64,000 nucleotides of DNA from the human T2T-CHM13v2.0 reference genome, Homo sapiens: the NCBI RefSeq assembly GCF_009914755.1, contig NC_060929.1, one strand, 5' to 3'. The position numbers were made by a program, and so were the translations under genes. This document shows, in pieces, positions 12,522-23,060 of the stretch. Each line of letters begins with the position of its first letter. The stretch's first letter is position 1. The notes under the pieces are model-generated. The model worked only from the letters and a program-made list of their open reading frames with translations. It was not told where the DNA came from and did not search any database.

Positions 12522-12808
12522 TTTTTTTTTTTTTTTTTTTTTGAGACAGAGTCTCGCTCTTTCGCCCAGGCAGGACTGCAGTGGCGCGATCTCTGCTCAC
12601 TGCAAGCTCCGCCTCCCAGGTTCATGCCATTCTCCTGCCTCAGCCTCCTGAGTAGCTGGGATTACAAGCGCCCGTCACCGCGCCCGGCTAATTTTTTGTA
12701 TTTTTAGTAGAGACGGGGTTTCACCATCTCCATCTCCTGACCTCGTGATCCGCCCACCTCGGCCTCTCCAAGTGCTGGGATTACAGGCGTGAGCCACCGC
12801 TCCCGGCC
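12522..12808 (-). mobile_element. AluY with short internal deletion
   Basis: Poly-T, Y-type gcaagctccgcc and gccattctcc; lacks ~16 nt (gtgttagccaggatgg). TSD ccctctgac(t/g)tttt on both sides. Confidence 0.95.
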
Positions 12809-12819
12809 CCCTCTGACGT

Positions 12820-13310
12820 TTTAATGTTGCATCTCAAGGTTCAGTCCTCGGCCCTCGTTTATCCTGTTTATATACATTTGGTTGGACTTCTCATCCAATG
12901 TCAGGACTTTCAATATCCTCAATATGATGACCACTTCCAAATACATATTTCCAGCCCAGACTCCCTCCATTCCTGTATATTGCATGTACACAACACAAAG
13001 AATCATGTATCAATATTTACCACTTGGATGTCTAAAATGCATCTCAAACTTGGCATGCACAAAACTGCACCTTCAATCCATGAACACACACACACCCATC
13101 TATTTGTAGTCTTACCCACTTCAGTTGACATTCACAATTCAGACCAAAATTTTTTAAGTTGTTCTTGATTTTCTTTTTATTTTACATGCTGCACCCATGC
13201 CATTGGTAGAATACTGCCCCAAATATTCATAATTTGAACATTTTCACCATCTTTGTTAGAATTATCCTGACATGAGACACCATTGTCTCTTGCCTGAAGT
13301 ATTGCCATTT
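12820..13310 (+). mobile_element. L2 LINE relic
   Basis: ctcaaggttcagtcctcggccct...ccacttggatgtctaaaatgcatctcaaacttggcatgcacaaaactg...tcttgcctgaagtattg. Confidence 0.8.
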
Positions 13311-13730
13311 GTAACAACACCCAGGATCACACTGTCAATGAGATTCCCAAGAATTAGAAATTTGATCCAGTATTGAGCTTATTAATAATTTCAAGGGTAC
13401 ATATAAATGCATAATACAGGTGAAGCAGGAAGAATTCCATGACAACCAGTATGACTCCCTAGGTCATTTTTTCATCTCACTGTTATGTCTCTTTCAGGTA
13501 ATAGATGAGACTTCTAATAAAGTACATGGTCACCTCACTTACAAAGAAAAAGCCATTTAGATTATAGAACATCACAATTTCATACTCATATAGTTACATA
13601 ATTCACATTATGTTAATCAGGAAGTATGTCCCATGAATCTGTAGATTCCAGGTTTATTTACCAGAAGCAATTACAGAAGAAGCAAGTACATCCTGCCCAA
13701 AACTTTTCATAGTAAAGACTCTCATCCTAG

Positions 13731-14507
13731 TGTTACCAGGGGTCCTTGCTCCCAGAGCTCCCAAGATGGTCGTGGGCCACTTCCAAAATGGCGGCGGGCC
13801 ACTTCCAAGATGGTGGCAAGCCTCATGCTCTCTGACTTGGGGTTCTTGGCCTCAAGATTCCAAGGAATGGAATCTTGGGCCATGCAGTGAGTGTTATAGC
13901 TCTATTAGAAGTCGTGGGTCACAGAAGAGAACTGTGGAACCCAGTGAATAGTGTTCAGCTCAATTAGGATGAACCCAGGCACTTAGCTGTGCAGGAACAA
14001 TGGCAAGACTTTAACCCAATGGGGAGCGACAGTGGGCGCCTCGCTGAATCAGGAGCACAGCAGGCACCCTGCTGGATCCTGAGGGATGGAAGTCAGCGGA
14101 GGGTCTGTGACGGCGGCAAAACAGCAGTGGTGGACAGCGAGTGAAAGCTCAGCTCAAGCCGTAATAAACACGGACCAGAAGAGTGCAGTTGCAAGATTTA
14201 ATAGAGTGAAATAGAGTGAAAACAGAGCTCCTGTACGAGGAGGGGACCCCAAGGGGGTTGCCTTTGCTGGCTCGAATGCCTGGGTTTATATCCCGATCCT
14301 TGTCCCTCCCACTGTGCTCTCAGGCAATAGATGATTGGCTATTTCTTTACCTCCTGTTTTTGCCAAATTAGCATTTAGTGAGCTCTCTGATTGGACAGCT
14401 GTGAGCTCAGTTGCAAGCCCCGTGTTTAAAGGTGGATGTGGTCACCTTCCCAGCTAGGCTTAGGGATTCTTAGTCAGCCTAGGAAATCCAGCTAGTCTTG
14501 TCTCTCA
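13731..14507 (-). mobile_element. HERV-W solo LTR (LTR17), full length, 777 bp
   Basis: Reverse strand begins tgagagacaagactagctggatttcctaggctgactaagaatccctaagcctagctgggaaggtgacc (HERV-W U3) and ends ...ggtaaca. 4-bp TSD CTAG at 13727-13730 and 14508-14511. Confidence 0.95.
14197..14395 (-). promoter_or_regulatory. LTR17 core promoter and polyA signal
   Basis: Minus strand: two CCAAT boxes (~14390, ~14335), gATATAAAcc TATA box (~14285-14291), ATTAAA at 14197-14202. Activity is not shown by sequence. Confidence 0.55.
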
Positions 14508-14689
14508 CTAGCACAAACCATGTAGTTTAATTGCCAGGAGGTCTGTCATTAAACATGACAATGTTTAATAGGAGATTAGACTTCTCACTGAATGTGTTTG
14601 TTTCCCAGGAGCACTGCCTTGCGAAAGGGAATTAATTCATCATTTCATCGCAGACCTGCTGTGTAAACATTTTCATCTCACCGCATAAC

Positions 14690-15100
14690 AATGTCTCTGC
14701 TTTCACTTTGGCCCCGACATTCTATTCTGAACACAGCAGCCAAAGGGGCTGGTTAAAATGTTGGTCTGATCATGTCATTCCTTTGCTCATCACCCTGCAA
14801 CTAATCCACATTTCATTCAGGGTAAGAGTCAAACTCCTGACAATGGCCCCGAAAGCCCCAAGTGATCAGTTCTTGTTACTTCTCTGAGTTCATCCTCTGT
14901 TAATCTCCCTTCACTTTCTCCATGACAGACACACTAGCCTCGTAGATGTTCTGTGGATTTGTTAGGAGTGTTCCTGCTGTGCTTTTCATAGATACACACA
15001 GTGACAATTCCTTTACCTCTTCTAAATCTTTTCTGAACTCTTACTTTTTCAATGGATGAATGTTTGATGACCCTATTTAAAATTGCAAATATCCAGCCTC
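14690..15100 (+). mobile_element. L2 relic (continuation of the 12820-13310 element)
   Basis: cacagcagccaaaggg...tctgatcatgtcattcctttgctc...agagtcaaactcctgacaatggccc...gaccctatttaaaattgca. Confidence 0.8.
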
Positions 15101-15103
15101 CCA

Positions 15104-15105
15104 AC

Positions 15106-15140
<35 letters not shown>

Positions 15141-15162
15141 TACACATACACACACACACACA
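15104..15162. repeat. (CA)n/(CATACA)n microsatellite
   Basis: Direct read. Confidence 0.95.
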
Positions 15163-15219
15163 GACATTCCAAGCATTTGTGGTCAACACTCTTACTGTGT
15201 TTCACTTGTTTTTTCCTTA

Positions 15220-15777
15220 TGTCAGAGGCCTTTGAACCACAGCAACTCCATCTTGAGTAGGGGCTGGGTAAAATAAGGCCAAGACCTACTGGGCTGCATC
15301 CCCAGATAGGCATTCTAAGTCACAAGATGAGATAGGAGGTCAGCACAAGATACAGGTCATAAAGACCTTGCTGATAAAACAGACTGCAGTAAAGAAGTCA
15401 GCCAAAACCCACCAAAACCAAGATGGCGAGGAGAGTGACCTCTGGTTGTCCTCACTGCTACACTTCCACCAGCGCTAGGACAGTTTACAAATGCCATGGC
15501 AAGATCAGGAAGTTACCCTATATGGTCTGTAAAGGGGAGGCATGAATAATCTGAATAATCTACCCCTTGTTTAGTATATAATCAAGAAAATAATATAAAA
15601 ACAAGCAACCATCAGCCCTCAGGGCTGCTCTACTTATGGAGAAGCCATTCTTTTATTCCTTTACTTTCTTAGTAAACTTGCTTTCACTTTACTCTGTGGA
15701 CTCACCACGAATTCTTTTTTGTGTGAAATCCAAGAACCCTCTGTTGGGGTCTGGATCAGGGCCCCTTTTCAGTAACA
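15220..15777 (+). mobile_element. MER41A solo LTR (ERV1)
   Basis: tgtcagaggcctttgaaccacagcaactccatcttg...ccaagaaccctctgttggggtctggatcagggccccttttcagtaaca; TG...CA ends; 4-bp TSD CTTA (15216-19, 15778-81). Reads aaggggagg-catgaataat, lacking the GAS-bearing segment of MER41B. Confidence 0.92.
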
Positions 15778-15779
15778 CT

Positions 15780-15960
15780 TATCAATTATCACTTTTTTAA
15801 AAAAAATACATAATGGCTAGTTCCTATCTTACACTGTTAGAATGCAAGTTTCAGATATGCAAGGATATTTATCTCTCTTGTTCGTTGATGTATCCCAAAC
15901 CCCTGGAAGAGGACCTAGTTAGATAGTAGCTTCTAAGTATTTTTTAATGAATATCTGACT
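15780..15960 (+). mobile_element. L2 3' end
   Basis: tagaatgcaagtttc...ttgttcgttgatgtatcccaa...tttttaatgaat. Confidence 0.65.
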
Positions 15961-18649
15961 GCACTGGGAATTATATAGCTGTTCATTTATATTGGACATC
16001 TGGTCATCCCTTGAATAGAAGTCAGTGGGTTTTTTTGCTTATGCCCATACCATATTGTCTAGTAGTTGATTAAGATTATTTTCCCTAGAATATATTTCTC
16101 TTAAAAATATTTTCTCCTTCTAAATTACCAGCAACCAAATTAAGATGCTTCAAGTATTTTGCTAAAAAGATTTTAAAAGTAGGTCAATTAGAATAAATCC
16201 AAAGAATAGCATTTTTACTATAATGCACTGCCAGTTTCTTATATGGCACAAGTTTGCCAAATTATGCAAAAATATGTACACATGCTTTTAAAATATTTTG
16301 ACAGATTAAAAACTACATAGTAAAACAACTGTAAAATGATTACAAAGAAAGCTTCATTTCATAAAAATGCTGTTTCTCTAATATATCAAATTTGAGATAC
16401 ATTGTTAATTCAATGCTCATAATTGAAAAAATTCTTACTTTTAGAAATGATCGCTCCCTAGCGAGAAAGAATATATCTTATATTATTTTAAAAAAAGCAA
16501 AAAATGATGGCAAAAGTCAATTTGAACCCAGTTGAAGTAATCATTTAACTGATAAGTAATACTCTGTAAATATCTGTTTCTTCAGTTTCAGAAGAAACTT
16601 CAGTTGTTGATCTTCAATTCCTATGTTTTATATGAAAATATTTTGAAAAGAAAATAAGTGTTTTCCAACTGAGCATAATAAAGGAGGCTAAACATGATTA
16701 TTCATAATTTGCAGTAATATACCTTTGACAGGCATGAAACATACATATGGATGAGAAAAGAGAGACCTCAATTTGTTTAGATTAGACCCATTTCAATCAG
16801 CAGGAGAAAACACATATAAGAATGGATGTGGTTTGTGAAACACTGTGTTAGAATCTCTCTGTTTATATTCTGAAGGATGCTAGTCATGTGAATGATTTTA
16901 AGCAGCAGAATATATAAATGCCAATCAAGTAAATCATTCACGAAGAGCCAAGGCATCGCTGAAAGAAAGATACCCCAGGGAATTGGAATGACCTTACGCT
17001 GCCAAACCAAAGCAGATTGAAAAGTTTAATGCCATGGACAGATTTTGACAGTGGTAATGGTATTGGTGTCCTTCGCTTGTTCCTACTCTGGGGAGTTATA
17101 ACTTTAAAAGCTTTGATTTTTGTTTATCATGACAAGTTCTTCAAATATATAGCTCTTTGGACTCAATGGCTCTGCCATGCCCCATTTCTCTTCTGTAGGC
17201 CTGGAATCAACTATGAGAAAAGAACGCATAGCCATATATATTTTTCAAAGACATAATTTAAAACTATAATTGTACTTTGATCCTTACAGATACTATAAAT
17301 TTATAGTGCTATAAATAGTTAATAACATCATGATGAGTATTAAATACTCTTATTTTACATAGATTTGGCTATTTTCTTTTACGATGTACTATGTCTGTGA
17401 CTCCCTTAGGTCTGCTTTGTTAATGACATTAAAGGTAAGCTTTGAAAATCCATATTCCATTTCTAATAGCTTTCCTCTGGCACATGGGTACACCTGATCT
17501 AAAGGGTGACATCATCCTTTACTTTCTCAATCATCTTGATTTTCCTCAAACTCTGGTCAAAACACCACCATTAGATGGACACATTTTCCATTGTTTTTAT
17601 AAGGTTCTTTTTCCTCTCAATACGTGTAACTGCCACATATAGCAACCGAAGGATGATAAGAGAATTTTCATGGCACCCAAGGTGAGAAGCTGAGGATTGT
17701 CAGAGAAAGGTGGAAGTGTTTATTTTTCTTTCTTTTCTCTTTGATTCACTGTAGTTCTGTACCGATATCATCTTTGTCCTAGCTGAGCATGCCTCCTAAC
17801 TTTGTGGAATAATGTGCTATATGTTCATGTGCATAAAGATAATATGTATATTTATAATATGCATTAATTTGAATGAATCAAAATTAAAATTATGTGACTT
17901 TTTTCTCTCATGTCCCCTCTTCCGTTATTACACTACTAGTCCCCTCTAAACCCACTGACACTGTCCATTGTTCTGAATTTGATTCCAGAGTTAGAGCTCA
18001 ATTCTCTGCCTAATATAGTATTTTCTGTTTACATAGTGATTGCTCATATATTTTGCTCTTGTCAGAAATCTTCGACGGACTTATGCTGCATAAAAGTGCT
18101 GAAGGAAGAAGTCATTTAATTTTAAAATAATTTGTTTACTATGCATTAGAGTCTAACAAAGACAGATGGATACACATTTATGGTAATAATGCTTATTTCT
18201 CTCATTTCCTTCTCATTGTATTAAAACTAAGAGCAAATAAGCACAATTCGGATTTTGTTTGTGTGATTTTTTACTTTTCAACTTCTTTCCATCCTGACTC
18301 TCCTTGCAGCTTTCACATATGGACACATATTATTTGTGTTGAACATGATTCAAATACTGTTTTGAGTTATGTTGTACAATGTCTGATATATGTCATATAT
18401 AAAAATAAAGGGTCTAATATATTCCTTCAAAGAATAATCAAGGTAAGTAATGTGCGCATGGGGCACACACTGTTCAAATAAATACTACAAAGAGACAGCA
18501 GTCTTTGCTGTGAGGCACACATCTTCCCTAGTGACCTCCCCTTGACAATAACTACGCTCCACTAAGGATGAATAAGGATCATTTCTTTTTCTCTCAGATG
18601 AGAAAACAGTACAACTACACTAGATGCATTTATCTTTTGTCTTTGCAAC

Positions 18650-18860
18650 TGTCTTTCTGCTTCTTTGTCCATCCAATCTCTGTTTCTCTAGTCTAATTCA
18701 GACCTGCTCATTTCCCTCTCCTCCTGTCTATGTCTGTCTTCCTGTCTCCCTCTCTCTCTGCCTTTCTGTCCTATTTTTGCCTCTCAATTTCTCTCTACTT
18801 TTGTTTTCTTTTGGTTTGTCTTTCTGTCTTTTTTTTTCACTTTATCCTCTTCTACTCATA
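18650..18860. repeat. CT-rich low-complexity tract
   Basis: Strongly pyrimidine-biased stretch. Confidence 0.7.
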
Positions 18861-19329
18861 TTTATATATGCATATAAAGAGATACAGAATTTACACTTTA
18901 TAAGTTGAACTCATTTCTGTTCTGCTCTCTTGCATAGTAAAATATCAATCACACTAACCTGCTTACTGAGCCAAAGTTCTTCCTTACAGTTGAGAAACCT
19001 TCTATGCATCTAAAAATGAACAGTCGTATCCATAACAGTGACAGCATGCATTTGATTTGCATAGTGCCTTTTCAGTCAAACTGTTATGCAGCCTAGTTAG
19101 ACCTCTGACTTTGAGGATGCAGACAGAATTGTTTAACACAATGACCTTGACGAGCCTCACAGTAAAGTCTCATTCTGAGAAAATCACACTTGAAAGATAA
19201 AATAATTTACACCTAGCATTCTGGAGTATAATTACACCCATGATAGACATTACTTTTCAGGGCTGAATCTATGGCTACATTTTATCATGCAAGGGGAAAG
19301 AGAGAGATAGAAATGATTGTTTGTTGAAT

Positions 19330-19550
19330 GCATATCACTGACTAAGCACAAAGCTAATTGATACATAATATCTCATTGTATTCTCTGTGTCACATGCTTA
19401 TCCTTCTGAGTTACCTCTGTTTTATACATGAGAAAACCAGAGTTCTAAAATAGTACATTAACTTGTTTAAGGTCATAGATTTAGGAAGTGGTATTTTTGA
19501 GATTCCATCCTGAGCCATGTGTACTGAAAATATAGGTTCTATACTTGTTA
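19330..19550 (-). mobile_element. MIR relic
   Basis: ctctgttttatacatgagaaaaccagagttct...taacttgtttaaggtcatagatttaggaagtgg. Confidence 0.7.
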
Positions 19551-20168
19551 ATATATGTCTTCCATATATTCCTATGAGGGTCCTATTTCTTAAAGTTATA
19601 TAACTTTACTGCTTATTAAAAATATGCCTAATTGAAATAAACCACTACAATTTTATTTGCCATTACAATCTTTGGATTAATTTTCCAAAAATCTAACACC
19701 TAGCAAATTGTGAAAGGGTGAAATGTGTAGTTGAATAACACACCTACAAAGGCAGAAAGCTGAATGTCCCTCAGAATAGTAGAAACAATTACTGGGGCTG
19801 TGGAGGGGGAACGATAATAGCCAGACCTGCTTCTCTTGAATATATTTTATTGAAGATATCAATATTCAAAGGCAAAAGATAATAATAATGATCAAAAACT
19901 TTAAGTTGTTCTGATTTTCTTGATGTATCTTCTAGGTGTGTTAGTTTGAGGGAATTGAATGTATTGAATAATTCAACTGACTTTTCACATTTCACATACT
20001 AACATTTCCTGAATACTTTTAAGGCAATTGTACTTCTTTGACATTTTTAAGGCTAACAACAATCCTAAATTGTAGATATAATTTACTGTAGTTAAATAAA
20101 TCATTACCTGAAGCTGGGAGGGTTTGTTTTACGTTCACTTAGAGAAATGGCAATTCAAATGATGAGTT

Positions 20169-20240
20169 AACTTACATATAAGCTTCTTATATATAACTTA
20201 TATATAAGCTTCTTATATATAACTTATATATAAGCTTCTT
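20169..20240. repeat. 26-bp minisatellite, ~2.8 copies
   Basis: Unit aacttatatataagcttcttatatat at 20169, 20195 and 20221 (partial); one mismatch in copy 1. Confidence 0.9.
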
Positions 20241-21159
20241 TTTTACATTTTCAAATTCAGTGCTTTCCTCTAATTATCATTCTTCCCAGGCTACTTCTGA
20301 ACTCACGTTTCTATGTCAAAGTAATATGTCTCAGTTAACATTGTACAATCTAACCTCTGGCAGCAGAATCACGAATTCACTGAATTTGGGAGCTGGTGCC
20401 ACATTTTTTGTGATAATTATGATCTTAATAGTATGACTTTTTTCTAACTTCCAATTAGATTGAACTTTAAAATTAACATTTATCTTATTTTACTTATTTT
20501 GTCCATAGCTACTGTTAAGTAGAATTTTAATTAAGCAGCAGTTGGTAGCAGTTAGTTTCAAGTTGTTAGAATTCGTGATCATCTAAAACCCAAATGTTAG
20601 TAGATATATGCTTAAAAATAGGTGCTGTCAGAGGTCCACAAATACTTGGGTCTTTTTGCCAGTTTTAACAGTTAAAATTAGATATGCTTCCATGTTATTT
20701 GGAAAGAAACAATCCAAGAATATCTAGTCCAAGAACTTGCATGGTCCACTGAACAGCATCATTGACAAGGAATCAGGCCTTTGCTTCTATTCCTGGCCAC
20801 ATGCTGCAAAAGTCATTCAGATTTATCATGCAGATGACTGGCTTTGCATATCCCTATCATTATCACTAACGCTGAGATAACAATTCCCACTTACCACACA
20901 GGAATCTCTAATGATTAATTGGATAATGTTCGTTAAGTGCTCCCAGCTACTTAGAATAAATGTACTAGATGGCTATTAAGCATTGTTATTATAAGATGTT
21001 GCTTAGATGTAATACCAGTGACTGACTGCTCCATAGTTATGAGGAAAATTACTTCCTCTGATAATATGAGTGTAATACATATTGACTTAAAATATACATT
21101 CTTTGGCATACATTTAGACTTTCCAAATGAGCTAAGCAAAGGGCGGCCTTCTATATGGT

Positions 21160-21390
21160 TTGTTAGTTGCTCATTTAAGAGTGCATACTATCTGTGTGGC
21201 ACTTTTATAAGCACTTCATCCTTACGATAATACTGAATGCCAATGATATATCCCCACTTTTTATAGGAAGGACACAGAAACATAAATGCCTTGGCTGAGG
21301 CCACACAGCTAGTAAGTGGTAGGGTCAGAACTTAATCCTTTTAAAACTGGCTTCAAACCACTCATGCTTAACCACTCCCTTAGACTGCAT
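21160..21390 (-). mobile_element. MIR relic
   Basis: catttaagagtgcatactatctgtgtggcact...cttggctgaggccacacagctagtaagtggtagggtcagaac...atgcttaaccact. Confidence 0.8.
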
Positions 21391-21779
21391 AGCTCCTATA
21401 TTTACATTTGTATTGTGTTTATCCCTTTGCTCAAGAAAGTGGAAGTGTTTGGTTATATATCACCTGGAAAACTTGCTGATCTATCTTTTTAAAGACAAAT
21501 TGTGCAAGGTTAATCCAGGAAGATCCCCTAGGGAAAATCAGTTAAGGAAGAATTGAGATATAAAGAAGGCAGGTGTAGGAGTGAGAAAGGTAACCTGAGT
21601 TCCTTGTCTATGTACAGGTGTCATCACTTCCTATTAATTGGGGAAGATATTTTAAGTTCATTGTGATTTTGAATTTAGATGCCTCCAATTTTTTGAAAAT
21701 GCAGAAAACAAATTACAGAAATGCTATGTGAAGTTATAGCATCTGGGAAAAAGAACAAATATTTTCTTCTCTAATGTTT

Positions 21780-22341
21780 CATCAAGTGAAATGATTTGGG
21801 CTGTAAATAAAGTGCTAGTACAATATATTTTCAATGATAAAAGAAATTATCATCTCTCCAAACAAGACATCCAAGGCAAACTGACTTAATTTTAAATTCA
21901 GCACCTCAACAGCATCATCAAGGATCCACACTTTTTCCCTCTTTATTCACTATACTCCTCAGCATGTTACCTGAGCCTCTTATCTCCTCCTTGAAGATGA
22001 CGGAAGCAGCTCCATCTACCAATTGACACACATCAGGATCTGCAAGAACGAGAACTCAATCTTCCTTGTTTCTCTCTTAAAGCCCCACAAGAAATCAGTT
22101 CCCTTGTATCTCATTGGCTGAAACTTTGTAGCATGTTTGTTCCTAAAACAAATAGCAAGAGGACTAAAAGGTTCATAGTTAGCTAAATTAGTCAAGATTC
22201 ACTTCTTTCATCAGGAACTGGGAGGTCTCTTTCCTTAAATTCCATTGCTTTGTGAATGAATGTGGTTTTCGGAACATAAGTCATAGTCTCTAAACAGGGA
22301 AGAGGGATGTCTGTTGGGTAGATGACTGTATACTGTCTACT
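21780..22341 (-). mobile_element. Old MaLR LTR (MLT1J/K-like)
   Basis: cagcacctcaacagcatcatcaagga...aagatgacggaagcagctcca...tcccttgtatctcattggctgaaact...gagggatgtctgttgggtagatga. Confidence 0.7.
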
Positions 22342-22844
22342 GTTACTCTTATATTTTATTGAATGCATTTCCTTTTTTCTCTATTTTTTAATATTTGCAT
22401 GGTGAGAATGAATTCATTTAATTTATTTTAATTTTAAATATATATTAATGCAAATTTTACATAGCAAAATGAAAGAAATTTTTAGTTCATTAGATGCTGT
22501 GTCATTGTATTGTACTGAATTTTCTCCTAATTTTGTAATTCTGAGGATGAACCACAACCCATCTTTTCTCAAACTCAAATACAGACATTACCCAAGACTC
22601 ATTAATCAGAACCAATGACATTTTTGTCTGGTTTGTATTTTCTTCTAGATGTCAAATTGACATGTGAGGATTAACATATCCACAAAACAAACTTTATCAA
22701 ACTAGGCTGTCCATTTCTACGTTCTGTCCTCCGTAATACATCATTTACATTTTGCTTTATTGATTTTCATTTAGCATAATACTTTTGGTAGTGGTGGTGG
22801 CCTGTGTGTACATGTATGTACATACATGTGCTAAATGTACACAT

Positions 22845-23060
22845 TTAATTACATATATATGATTTGTTATATAATTATATAATTTATATAATTTAAATTT
22901 TATAATTATATAATTTATGTAATTATATAATATAATTTACATTTTATAAATCTAATATAATTTATATAATATAATTTATGAAATTTATATAATTATAATA
23001 CATACACTTTTATATAATATAAATATTAATAAATATTAAATAAATATTAATAAATATTTC
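22845..23060. repeat. AT-rich low-complexity tract
   Basis: Near-pure A/T with tataatt and ataaatatta units. Confidence 0.9.

Noticed and set aside
13730-13951. 73-aa ORF in HERV-W sequence
   Set aside because: It lies in the antisense U5 of a solo LTR; no gag, pol or env sequence is present.
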